DNA of 63,432 bases, counting the filler, from Chiloscyllium plagiosum (taxonomy: Eukaryota), in assembly GCF_004010195.1 (NCBI RefSeq). It is 4 parts of one record of this genome, joined end to end, with 100 filler letters (N's around TTAATTAATTAA, not from the genome) between each part and the next. Parts side by side here need not be neighbours in the genome. Positions count along the whole stretch, not along the records: positions 20,253 to 45,337 come from NC_057717.1; 3 more parts are not named here. One strand, given 5' to 3'. How positions within the stretch are numbered: position 1 is the stretch's first letter; each line of letters opens with the position of its first letter. A model generated the notes under the pieces. The model saw only the letters and a list, made by a program, of their open reading frames with translations. It was not told the DNA's origin and made no database searches. Positions 26,360-38,189 of this stretch are shown one piece after another. The translations under genes were made by a program, and so were the position numbers.

Positions 26360-26740
26360 GTGCTTTTATGTGGCTGCTTGGTCATGCTGGGATCCCATTT
26401 CATGAGGGATCTTGGAGATAGTTCCATCCAGGCAAGTGGGGAGTATTTCATCACACTCCTGACGTGTGCCTTGGAGATGGTGGAGAGGCTTTTGGAGCCA
26501 TGAGGTACACCCCTCACTGCAGTGATCCTGCCCCCTGAGCTGCTCTTATAGCCACTGTACTTACATTGTAAACTCATTTCATTTTCAGGTCAATGGGAAC
26601 TCCCAGCTTGTTGATTGTGGGGGATTCAGCAACAGCAGAGCCTTGAATGTCACAGTCGTTATCGATGTGATCTCTTCTTGGAGGTGATAATTGTTTCACA
26701 TTTGTGTGGCATGGATGTTAATTGTCATTTGTCAAGGCCT
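26360..26740 (-). mobile_element. LINE RT C-terminal relic (second CR1/L2-group family)
   Basis: LSTISKAHVRSVMKYSPLAW (cf. YKAQVRSVMEYSPLAW); related pieces at 43000-43490 and 51790-52570. Confidence 0.7.
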
Positions 26741-26741
26741 A

Positions 26742-29700
26742 GAACATAGAACATAGAACATTACAGCGCATTACAGGCCCTTCGGCCTTCGATGTTGTGC
26801 CGACCTGTGAAACCAATCTCAAGCCCATCTAACCTACACCATTCCATGATCAACAATATGTTTATCTGATGACCATTTAAATGTTCTTAAAGTTGGCAAG
26901 TCTACTACTGTTGCAGGCGGGGCGTTCCATAGCACGACTACTCTCTGAGTAAGGAAACTACCTCAGACAGAAAGCTCTGTCCCTTCGTACCAGCCATCTC
27001 CGTCCAAGGAAAAGGGCTCTCATTGTCCACCCTATCTAATCCTCTCATCATCTTGTATGTCTCTATGAAGTCACTTCTCAATCTTTTTCTCTCTAACAAA
27101 AACAGCCTCAACTCCCTCAGCTTTCCCTCATAAGACCCTCTCCCAATACCAGGCAACATCCTGACAAATCATCTCTGCATCGTTTCCAATGTTTCCACAT
27201 CCTACTTTTAATACCAGAACTGTACGCAATATGCCAAGTGCGTCCGTACCAGAGTTTTGTACAGCTGCAACATGACCTCATGGCTCTGAAACTCAATCAC
27301 TCTACTAATAAAACCTAATACACTGTGCGCTTTCTTAACAACCCTAACAACCTGGGTGGCAACTTTCAGGAATCTATGTCCATGGACACCGAGATATTTA
27401 TGCTCACCACACCACCAAGGATCTTGCCTTTAACCCAGTATTCCGTATTCCTGTTCCTCCTTCCAAAGTGAATCACCTCACACTTTTCTGCATTAAACTC
27501 CATTTGCCACCTCTCAGCCCCAGCTTTGCAGCTTATCTTTGTCTCTTTGTAACCTGCAGCATCTTTCTGCACTGTCCACAACTCCATTGACCTGGTGTCA
27601 TCCGCAAATTTAATGAACCCATCCTTCGACATCCTCATCCAAGTCATTTATAAAAATGACAAGCACCAGTGAACGAAAAACAGATCCTCGTGGTACACCA
27701 CTAGTAACTGAACTCCAGGATAAACATTTCCCATCAACAACCACCCTTTGTCTTCTTACAGCTTGCCAATTTCTGATGCAAAAAGCTAAATCACCCTCAA
27801 TCCCATGTCTCCGTGCCTCCGTACTTTGTGCAATAGCCTTTCATGGAGACCCTTATCAAAAGCTTGACTGAAACCAATATCCAATACATTGACCCCCTAA
27901 TCTGCTGCTTGGTCATCTTCTCAAAGAACTGAATAAAGTTCGTGAGGCACGATCTACCCTTCACAAAACCATGTTGACTAGCCCTAATCAACGTCATCCT
28001 TTCTGGTTGATTGAAGGATGATTATAAATCTGAACTCTAATAACGTTTTCCAACACGTTACCCACAATCGAAGTAAGGCTCACTGGTCTATAATTACTAG
28101 GGTTGTCTCTGCTCCCCATCTTGAACAAGGGAACAACTTTTACTGTCCTCCAATCTTCAGGCACCATTCCTGTAGACAATGATGACATAAAGATCAAAGT
28201 CTCTGCAATCTCCTCCCTGGCTTCCCAGAGAATCCTAGGATAAATCCCCTTTAACCCAGGGGAGTTATCTATTTTCACACTTTCCAGAATTGCTAACACT
28301 TCCTCTTATGAACCTCAATCCCGTCTTGTCTAATAATCTGGATCTCAGTATTCTCCTCGACAACATTGTCTTTTTTCAGTGTGAATACGAATGCGAAATA
28401 TTCATTTAGCGCCTCTTCTATCTCCTCAGACTTCACACACAACTTCCCATTATCGACTTGTCTGGTCCTAATCATATTTTAGTCATTTTCCTATTCCTGA
28501 TATACTGATAGAAAGCTTTCAGGTTTTCCTTGATGCGACCTGCCAAAAACGTCTCATGTCCCCTCCTGGCCCTTCTTTGCTTTCTCTTTTGGTTCTTCCT
28601 GGCTAATTTGTAACTCTCAAGCACCTAACTGAGCCTTCATGTCTCATCTTTACATAAGCATTCTTCTTCCTCTTAACAACAGATACAACTTCTTTAATAA
28701 ACCATGCTTCCCTTGTTCCACCACCTCCTCGCTGCCTGACAGGTACATACTTATCAAGGACATGTAGAAGCCGATCCTTGAAAAAGTTCCACATTTCAAT
28801 GTGTCCATCCTCTGCAGTTTCCTTCCCATCCTATGCATCCTAAATCTTGCCAAATCAGAGCATAATTGCCTTTCCCCCAACTATATCACTTTCCCTGCGA
28901 TATATCCCTGTACCTTTCCATCACTAAAGTAAACGTAACCTAATTGTGGTCACTATCGCCAAAGTTCTCACCTACCTGCAAATCAAACACCTGCCTGGGT
29001 TCATGACCCAGTACCAAATACAATGTGACCTCGTCCCTTGTTGGCCTGTCTGTGTCAGGAAATGCTCCTGCACACATTGGACAAAAACTGACCCATCTAA
29101 CGCACTCAAACTACAGTGTTTCCAGTCAATATTTGGAAAGTTAAAGGCCCCCAGAACAACTATCCTGTTACTTTCTCTACCATCCAGAAGCATCTTTGCA
29201 ATCCTTTCCTCCACATCTCTGGAAGCCGACAGAAAACTCCCAAAAGCATGACCTCTGCTTTCCTGTTTCTAACCTCAGCCCATTCTACCTCAGTGGACCA
29301 GTCCTCATCAAATGTCCTTTCTGTCAGAATAACACTGTCCTTAACGAACATAGCCACACCTCCCCCTCTTTTACCACCTTCCCTGTTCTTAATGAAACAT
29401 CTAAACCTCGGAACGTACAACAACCATTCCTGTCCCTGGTCGATCCAGGTCTCTGAAATGGCCACAACATCGTAGTCCCAACCCATGCTGTAAGGACACC
29501 CACCTTATTCTGGATGCTCCTGGTGTTGAAGTCGACACACTTGAAACCAGATTCCTGCCTGCCGCTGCATTCCTGCAACCATGAAACCCTATTCAGGACC
29601 TTAGTGCTCTCAACCTCCTGTGCACTGATGCTATAATTCAGGTTCACATCTCCTGCTGAATAAGTTTAAACCCTCTCAAAGAACATTAACAAACCTGCCC

Positions 29701-30153
29701 CCAGTTTTGTGTACCTCTCTGGTTCAGGTGTAGACCATCTTGTTTGTAGAAGACCCACCTACTCCAGTATAAGCCCCATTTATCCAGGTATCTAAATCCC
29801 TCCCTCCTGCTTTATCCTTGTAGCCACATGTTCAACTCTTCTCTCTCCCTATTCCTTGCTAGCATGTGGCATAGGTAACAAACCAGAGTTGACATCACTG
29901 TTTGTTCCAGCTCTAAACTTCCACCCTAACTCCCTGAATATCTGCTTGAAAAACCCCATCCCTTGTCCTACCCATGTTAATGGTGCCTATGTGGACCATG
30001 AGTTCGGGCTGTTCCCCTTCCACCTCAAGGATCCAGAAAACACGATCTGAGATGTCATGAACCCTGGCACCTGGGAGGCAGCACATCAACCCTGATTCTC
30101 TCTCGTTCCTACAGAATCTCCTATCTGTCCCCTCACTGTGAAGTCCCGAATGA
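26742..30153 (-). mobile_element. Long decayed CR1 LINE (ORF1 esterase, APE endonuclease, RT, 3' tail)
   Basis: CCLPGARVHDISDRV (ORF1), YDVVAISETW (APE), NRIVVLGAFNFPNIDW, SNYRPVSLTSIVG, SQHGFVKGRSCLTNFI, KFADDT; many frameshifts. Confidence 0.95.
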
Positions 30154-30847
30154 NNNNNNNNNNNNNNNNNNNNNNNNNNNNNNNNNNNNNNNNNNNNNNN
30201 NNNNNNNNNNNNNNNNNNNNNNNNNNNNNNNNNNNNNNNNNNNNNNNNNNNNNNNNNNNNNNNNNNNNNNNNNNNNNNNNNNNNNNNNNNNNNNNNNNNN
30301 NNNNNNNNNNNNNNNNNNNNNNNNNNNNNNNNNNNNNNNNNNNNNNNNNNNNNNNNNNNNNNNNNNNNNNNNNNNNNNNNNNNNNNNNNNNNNNNNNNNN
30401 NNNNNNNNNNNNNNNNNNNNNNNNNNNNNNNNNNNNNNNNNNNNNNNNNNNNNNNNNNNNNNNNNNNNNNNNNNNNNNNNNNNNNNNNNNNNNNNNNNNN
30501 NNNNNNNNNNNNNNNNNNNNNNNNNNNNNNNNNNNNNNNNNNNNNNNNNNNNNNNNNNNNNNNNNNNNNNNNNNNNNNNNNNNNNNNNNNNNNNNNNNNN
30601 NNNNNNNNNNNNNNNNNNNNNNNNNNNNNNNNNNNNNNNNNNNNNNNNNNNNNNNNNNNNNNNNNNNNNNNNNNNNNNNNNNNNNNNNNNNNNNNNNNNN
30701 NNNNNNNNNNNNNNNNNNNNNNNNNNNNNNNNNNNNNNNNNNNNNNNNNNNNNNNNNNNNNNNNNNNNNNNNNNNNNNNNNNNNNNNNNNNNNNNNNNNN
30801 NNNNNNNNNNNNNNNNNNNNNNNNNNNNNNNNNNNNNNNNNNNNNNN

Positions 30848-30917
30848 TGTGTGTGTGTGTGTGTGACAGACAGACAGACAGAGAGAGAGAAAGAAGGGGA
30901 GAGGGAGAGAGAGAGAT
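30848..30917. repeat. Compound microsatellite (TG)n(GACA)n(GA)n
   Basis: Read directly, next to a gap. Confidence 0.9.
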
Positions 30918-33230
30918 AGAATCATAGAGATGTACAATACAGAAACAGTTCCTTTGGTTCAACTCATCCAGATATCCTCAGTTAATCCCATCCCATTTGC
31001 CAGCACTTGGCCCACACTAAACCCTTACTGTTCATATACCCATCTGGGTGCCTTTTAAAAGTTGCAATTGTACCAGCCTCCACCACTTCCTCTGTTAGCT
31101 CATTCCATACACGCACCACCTTCTGCATAAACAAGTTACCCCTTAGGTCCCTTTTAAATTTCTCCCTGTCCATGCCCCTCATGATTTTATAAACCTCTAT
31201 AAGGTCACCCCTCAGCCCCCGATGCTCCAGGGAAAACAGCCCCAGCCTATTCAGCCTCTCTCACAGGTCAAATCTTCCAACCTTGGCAACATCCTTGTAA
31301 TCTTTTCTGAAACCTTTCAAGTTTTACAACATCCTTCTGAAAGGAGGGAGACCAGATTTGCATACAGTATTCCAAACGTGGCCTAACCAATGTCCTGTAC
31401 AGATGTAACATGACCTACAACTACTATACTCAATGTACTGACCAATAAAGGAATGCATGTCAAACACCTTCTTCACTCTCATATCTCCTGCAACTTTCAA
31501 GGAACTATGAACCTGCGCTCCAAGGTCTCTGTTCAGCAACAACCCCATTAGTGTATAACTCCTGCTCTGATTTGTCTTTTCAAAATATAGCACCTCACAT
31601 TTATCTAAATTAAACTCCATCTGCCACTCCTTGGCCTATTGACCCATCTGAATAAGATCCTGTGCACTCTGAGGTAACCTCCAATTTTGGTTTCATCTGC
31701 AAACTTACGAACAATACCTGATATTTTCACATCCAAATCATTTATGGAAATGATTAGATTCATGATTAGATTAGATTCCTTACAGTGTGGAAACAGGCCC
31801 TTCGGCCCAACAAGTCCACACCGACCCTCCGAAGAGCAACCCACCCAGACGCATTCCCCTACATTTACCCCTACACCCAACACTACGGGCAATTTAGCGT
31901 GGCCAATTCACCTAACCTACACATCTCTGGACTGTGGGAAGAGACTGGAGCACCCGGAGGAAACACACATAGACACGGGGAGAATGTGCAAACTCCACAC
32001 AGACAGTTGCCTGAGGCAGGAATTGAATCCGGGTCTCTGGTGCTGTGAGACAGCAGTGCTAACCACTGTGCCACCGTGCCACCCCAACTTGCTTCTCACT
32101 TTACTTGTTTCTCACTGATTTCTAAGGTACACCTGATCAGGTCCTGGGATTTAACTATCTTTATGCATTTTGAGATGTCCACTGTAAAATGATGAAAAGC
32201 AATGGACACAACACTGATCCTTGTGGCACACCATGGATCATAGGCCTCCAGTCTGAAAAGCAACCCTCCATCAACAACCTCTGTCTGCATTCCATCATCT
32301 CTAATCTTGCTAACCAGTCCACCGTGAAGACCCTTGTTGAATGCCTTACTGAAGTTCATGTAGATCATAGCCACTGTTCTGCCCTCATCAGTCCTCTTCA
32401 CACGCACAGAGTCATGCTGACTATCCCTAAACAGTCCTTGCCTTTCCAAATATATGTAAACACTATCCCTTAGGATTACCTCCATCGATTTTTCCACCAT
32501 CAATCAGGATCACTGGTCTATAGATCCCTGGCTTTTCCTTACCACCTTTCTTAAATAGTGGCACCCTGTTAGGCAACATTCAGCCTTCCAGCGCCTCACC
32601 TGTGACTATCGATGATACAAATATCTCAGCAACAGGCTCAGCAATCAACTTCCTTGCTTCTCACTGATTTCTAGGGTACACCTGATCAGGTCCTGGGATT
32701 TATCTATCTTTATGCATTTTGAGATGTCCACTGTAACAAGAACATTTTTTCAGATGTCACCATCTCTTTCCCCACATTCTATATCTTACATGACCTTCTC
32801 CACAGTAAATACTGTGCAAAATATTTGTTTAGTATCTCCCCATCTCCTCTGGTTCCACACACTGTCTGCCTTGCTGATCTTTGAGTGGCACTGTTCTCTC
32901 CCCAGTTAATCTTTTATCCTGAATGTATTTATTGAATCTGTTTGGATTCTCCTTACCCCGATTTGCCAGTGCTATCTCATGTTCCGTTTTTGCCTTCCTG
33001 ATTCTCCTCTTAAATATATTCCTACTGCATTTATTCTCATCTCAGGATTCACTTGATTTCTGCTGCCTATACCTGACATATGCTTCCTTCTTTTTCTCAA
33101 ATACAACCTCAATTTCTCAAGTCATCCAGTATTCCCTGCATCTACCAGCCTTGCCTTTCACCCGAACAGGAACATACTGTCTCTGGACTCTCATTATCTC
33201 ATGTTTGAAGGCTTCCCATTGTCCAGCCCT
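30918..33230 (-). mobile_element. CR1 LINE, decayed, with nested SINE
   Basis: KFADETKIGG, MEFNLDKCEVLYF, QWEAFKHEIMRVQRQYVP fragments. Confidence 0.9.
31755..32084 (-). mobile_element. HE1-type V-SINE nested in CR1
   Basis: Reverse complement of a full head, central domain and (TAATC) tail. Confidence 0.92.
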
Positions 33231-33829
33231 GAGTAGCTTTGAGTGTGAGTTTAGAGATAAAAACTCGACGGAGCGAAGGGCCATCTCTATCCTGTATGAT
33301 GTCATCATTCTATGGTTTTGAACTGAAGGATCCGATTATTTTTGTCTTTGTTTTGAGAAAATGTGACCGAGTGGAAGTTCCAGCTGTTGGTGTGGTCAGT
33401 ATCAGCTTCAGCTTCTGTGTTAGAGTGCTCATTCACAGAAAGAATTTCCCAAATCAGTTGTGTTAACAAGGAAAGCTGTGGGATAACAGTGTGCAGGAGA
33501 ACAGCTCTCAAAAACTTCAACAGCATGAGGCATTGAACGACTGAATGACCTCAGCAGAACGAAGATCATTACTGAAAAGAATCTGAAAAGGTGTTTAGAT
33601 ATTTAAAGGATTGATAGTGAGCGAAGTATTGCAAATATTGCTAGTTGAAAACATGAATGTTTGAGACTTAACAGGATCAGATCAATCCAGCCTTTGGGGT
33701 ATTCAAATATAGCTGTTATTCTCAATGCTATCATCATTAAAATAAACCTGCTGTCGTAACTTGTTTGTTCAAAATGCGTTAACAAATTTGAAGATATAAT
33801 TATGGTTTCCCAGTGGAGATACCACACAA

Positions 33830-33836
33830 TATAAAA
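33830..33836 (+). promoter_or_regulatory. Candidate TATA box of the GPCR gene
   Basis: TATAAAA ~100 nt upstream of the predicted ATG; the region is AT-rich, so a chance match is possible. Confidence 0.4.
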
Positions 33837-33937
33837 TAAATTCTCCGGAACTGTGTCAACTCCAACTCTGAGAGAATTCTCCAATTCCAACAGATTGCCA
33901 GCAGCAGGAAGGGAAAGGTTGTGTAATAAACAACGAT

Positions 33938-34004
33938 ATGCATCTTCTCCGGGAAAGGATCAATAGAGTGTACGAGACCATCCTTGTTGCTGTTGGTGTT
34001 CCTG
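33938..34004 (+). CDS. GPR139/GPR142-like class A GPCR, coding exon 1 (MHLLRERINRVYETILVAVGVP + phase 1)
   Basis: First in-frame ATG after TGA at 33869; G at -3; donor G|GTAAGC at 34005; splicing to 34826 rebuilds the TM1 motif GVPVN. Confidence 0.85.
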
Positions 34005-34368
34005 GTAAGCTTGGGAACAACTCACATAAACCATTGCATTTAATCATCCTTATTTCTACAGATAACTGATAAATTATTATATTTCCATTTAACAAGGCAA
34101 ATCCTTATGTCAGATATTAGTGTCCTCACTGACTGAGTTTAAAGTGAATAGTTTGTCAGTTCGGAGGCTCCTCAGTAATGTGTAGCATTGTGTGTTTCCC
34201 TGTACTGTGCAGAATGTGTTTACACTGAGGCCACTTTGATGGAGTTTGGCTGAGCACCGGCCCTGGCTGGTCTAGAAAGGGTTTCGGAAGACCACCCTCT
34301 CTTTGTGGTAGTTCACAGCCTGCTATCGGTCAGATGGGTTTTGTAACAACCCACCTCGCAGTGACACC

Positions 34369-34445
34369 TGGTGTTTCCCATTCCTTGATGGAAAGGGATT
34401 GTGTTGGTGTTTCCCATTCCTTGATGGAAAGGGATTGTGTTGGTG
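34369..34445. repeat. Perfect 36-bp tandem duplication in the GPCR intron
   Basis: TGGTGTTTCCCATTCCTTGATGGAAAGGGATTGTGT at 34369 and 34405. Confidence 0.95.
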
Positions 34446-34508
34446 GATCTTGTTCAGGCAGCTTGCTCAACAGGGCAATGGGTGGGTTCAGCAGGTCATT
34501 AGGAATTA

Positions 34509-34620
34509 GGAAATAATGGGGACTGCAGATAGGGCGATGTGCTGGAAAAGGCACAGCAGGCAAGATTGCTTCTGAGGTGCAGGCGAAATCGATTGCTGCT
34601 GACCCAAAAACATCCTGAGT
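34509..34620 (-). mobile_element. Degenerate Penelope-terminus fragment in the intron
   Basis: GGGACTGCAGAT...GTGCTGGAAAAGGCACAGCAGG...CTGAGGTGCAGG..AAATCGA resembles 10381-10480; the ribozyme core is lost. Confidence 0.5.
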
Positions 34621-34825
34621 ATATGACCGTGTTTCTGTGAGTAATCTGCTGCTCATGTTCTTCCCTGTGTCCTTTAAAAAAACAAATGATTCATTGAGAG
34701 AGATTCTTTAAACTTCATATAACATGGAACAACAATTATCTTTGCGTCATTAATTACAGTCTGGGCTCACGTACAGAGAATGTTTCATTAGTGACTTCAA
34801 ATCTATTATTTCCTTTCTCGTACAG

Positions 34826-35721
34826 TTAATCTCGTGGTGATTGTAATCTTAGCTCAGGGCAAATGTGGTCTTTCAGTGTGCAGCACTCGCTACCTGGTGG
34901 CCATGACAATGTCAGATCTACTGTTCATTGTTTTTTATATCATCCTTCACCAATTTCGAAAATATTATTGTCCACTGTGTTTCCTGCAAATCACTCCTGT
35001 TTGTGGTGCTATCTATGCTCTCAACCGCTTGACCATTGATTGTTCCGTGTGGTTCACCATTGCATTTTCCTTTGATCGATTTGTTGCCATTTGTTTTCAT
35101 GAGATGAAAAGTAAGTATTGCACAGGGAAAACTGCAACCAGGGTTCTAGCAATAATCTGCATCTTCTTTTGTTTAAAGAACATTCCCAACTCCTTTGTGT
35201 ATTACCCTGGAAAGATTATCAATAATGTTCCATGGTACTGTTTTATCAGGCCTGGTTATTATAATGACCGTCGGTGGATAGGTTTTAAATATTTTCAGAC
35301 TTTTTTAACACCAATGTTCCCATTCACTTTTATTCTCTTTATCAACATTCTGACTGTCAGACATATCTTTGAGTCCATTAAGATACGGAAAGAACTGAGA
35401 GATCAGAGTAAAACAGAGAATGATCCAGAGGTAGAGAGCAGGAAGAATTCTGTGATTATACTCTTTGCCATATCTGCCAGCTTCATACTTCTCTGGTTGT
35501 TGCATATTTTAGATGTCTTTAATGCTGGTTATTCCTTGGATTATGTTTCTTATCGTCTCTTTGATCAGATTGGATATATGCTGAGGAATTTAAGTTGCTG
35601 CACAAATGCCCTTATCTATGTGGTGACACAGAAACATTTCAGAGACCAGTTAAAGTATGCCATGACATGTCCAGTTAGAACAATAATTCAATTGGTGAAT
35701 CAATCCAAGAGCCAACATTAG
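34826..35721 (+). CDS. GPR139/GPR142-like class A GPCR, coding exon 2 (full protein 320 aa)
   Basis: Acceptor TTTCCTTTCTCGTACAG|TT; uninterrupted frame. Motifs: TM2 YLVAMTMSDLL, TM3 C...CSVWFTIAFSFDRFVAIC, ECL2 PWYC, TM5 P.F.FILFIN, TM6 ILFAISASFILLW, TM7 TNALIY, helix 8 KHFRDQL. Confidence 0.93.
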
Positions 35722-36145
35722 GTTCAACAGAGAACGGAACGAGGAGTCCACGTGAGGAATGGACCGAAAGGAGAAGGAGGAGCAGCAACATGATAACACT
35801 CCTTTCCTACTGGGCAAGGAATGACTCCACCTGAGGAGCAAAATGAAAGAGACTGGAGGTGTAAAGCCAGTGTAAAGTGCTATTAGTAATCAGCAACAAT
35901 TAATAGGAAGTGGGACAACAAATGCAAACCCAAATATACACAAAAGCTACATTTATCCCAAGTAATCCATTCTCAATGAGTGAAGTGGGTTGAAGCATAA
36001 ATGATGTGGAGGAAGGTATATTTGTTCACTGCAGGCCAGAGAGGGAAATGCAACGACAGGCTCCTGTCCACTCTTCCTCACCGAATTCTCTGACTCACAC
36101 ATCTATACATTTTTTTTAAATGAGAAGTTTCCTGTTGAAAAAGGC

Positions 36146-36151
36146 AATAAA
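36146..36151 (+). terminator. Candidate polyadenylation signal of the GPCR gene
   Basis: AATAAA ~425 nt after the stop, followed by a GT/T-rich tract (CTGTGTCTTTATTT). Confidence 0.55.
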
Positions 36152-36674
36152 ATATTTTAAAGATTCTGTGTCTTTATTTACACCTTTATTTTCAACAATA
36201 ATTTACTTTGTATCCATTCAATTCCTCGTGTTGTTTTCTGGCAATCGCACTTTTAGAGTTTCTCTTTGATTAACAGGAAACCCCAAAGAGAAAAGGAATT
36301 GGGTCAGTTTGTGAATGCATGTGGCTTTCATTCTAAAACAATAAAATGCAAAGCAGGACGAGACAAAGGCAGTCTGGACTAAACCAGTTCTCTGACATCA
36401 TCCCGTTTCTTTATTTGCTCCTTTCCATGAACCAGCTGATGCATTGCCGGGGAATCGAAGCCCAACCAGAGGGATTTCTGGACTCCCTCCCTGCACCCAC
36501 CTAATGACCCAGCTACCTCTCCGATTTCAGATGCTCCTTCAAATCTACCTCTTCATATAAGCTATCGTCACCTGATCCAATATCACTTTCAGTGAATCAA
36601 CATGAACTCTGTTTGATTTGTCATGATAAAGGTCTTTTTAACTATGTTTGGGGACTGTGTTATGGTAAAGTGAA

Positions 36675-36749
36675 CCGTGGTGGTGCTATCGTGGTTAGTG
36701 TAGCTGTCTTCCAAACAGGGTGACCTGGGTTAGATTCCTGACAATTGCA
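36675..36749 (+). pseudogene. tRNA-Gly(TCC) pseudogene
   Basis: Resembles vertebrate tRNA-Gly-TCC: anticodon arm CTGT-CTTCCAA-ACAG (TCC at 36710-36712), T-arm CTGGGTTAGATTCCTG with a mutated B box, broken acceptor stem. Confidence 0.75.
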
Positions 36750-37121
36750 AGTTGAGATTTGTCACATTGATGAATAGAAAACCACAAAGACAAAAGGAAT
36801 TTGATCAGTTTGAAAATACATTTGTTTTGTTATTCCAAGACAACAAAATGCAAGCCAGGAGTAGACAAAGGCAGACTAGGTGAAACTCGTTACCTGCTGC
36901 ATTCTCTCACACCTCCTCGCTCCCTCACTCCCTCCCCCCTCGAATCCCACTGAGATGACTCTGGCTATGCTCTATCCCTGAGGGAGGTATGCCCTGGGTA
37001 GTGGGAGCTGGGAGCTGGGAGCTGGGAGCTGACTGGATGAGCTGGGACTTGGGCAGAGAGGGTGCTTTCAGTGAGAGACTTGGGGATATTTCAAACAGCT
37101 ACTGGCAGCCATTTCCCTTCA

Positions 37122-37555
37122 AAGAACAAAGAAAAAAAACATTTCCAGCCCAGGAACAGGCCCTTCGGCTCTCCAAGCCTGAGCCAATCCAAAGCCTCTG
37201 TCTAAACCTGTCACCCATTTCCTAAGCATCTGTCTCCCTCTGCTCCCCACCTACTCATGCATCTGTCCAGACGCATCTTCAATGAAACTACCGTGCCTGC
37301 CTCTACAATCTCTGCTGGTAACGTGTTCCAGGGACCCACCACTCTCTGTTTGAAGTCCTTGCCGCGTGTATGCCCATTTAACTTTTCACCTCTCACCATG
37401 AAAGTGTGACTTCTCGTTATGGAATCCTTCACTCTGGGAAAAAAAAACTTATCTTTGTCTATCCTGTCTATACCCTTCATAATTTTGTAGACCTCATAAG
37501 TCTCCTCTCAATCTCCTTTCTTCTAATGAAAACTATCCTAACCTACTCAACTTTC
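37122..37555 (-). mobile_element. CR1 3' end
   Basis: MKGIDRIDKDKFF...RVVGPWNTLPAEIVEAG; tail AAGAACAAAGAA. Confidence 0.9.
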
Positions 37556-38189
37556 CACTGTGTGCACTGAGCAGGGGGTGAGTTACTGTGGGTTTCTGTC
37601 TGTCTCTATGTGTGAGAGTGTGGGGAATGNNNNNNNNNNNNNNNNNNNNNNNNNNNNNNNNNNNNNNNNNNNNNNNNNNNNNNNNNNNNNNNNNNNNNNN
37701 NNNNNNNNNNNNNNNNNNNNNNNNNNNNNNNNNNTTCTCTCTCTCTCTCTCTCTTACTGACAGCCTCTTCTTTTGTATTTTCTCTCCTGTCTCTTCTTCC
37801 CACCTTTATCTGTGTTCGTTCCCATTCTTCTTCTTCTCTCATTTTTCTCTCTCTTTCCTTCTTTCCTTCCCTGGTTCTGTTGTTCAATCCTGAGATGGAA
37901 TCTACACACACCCCCCGCCCCCTTCAATGTTGGACAATCCCGCCGCCCCACCGCAAATTTAGCCCCTGTCCCCCTCCATAGTCCCTGTCTAATTGCCCTC
38001 CCTTGTGCAGCTTCATCAATCCTGACCTGTCCCTTTGTAGTTCCTCCATTATACACCCACTGTATACAAAAGCCCCTCAGTATCCCCATCCATCAACATT
38101 ACCCTTCCCCCGTGCTGTATCCCAGACCATGAGCTGGAGGGCAAAGTGAGCGTGTGCAGCGACTAACGTGTCTTTTGACTACGTACCGT

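Noticed and set aside
34834..34836. GTG start of the 295-aa ORF
   Set aside because: It would lack most of TM1; an acceptor at 34825 and an upstream exon explain the gene better.
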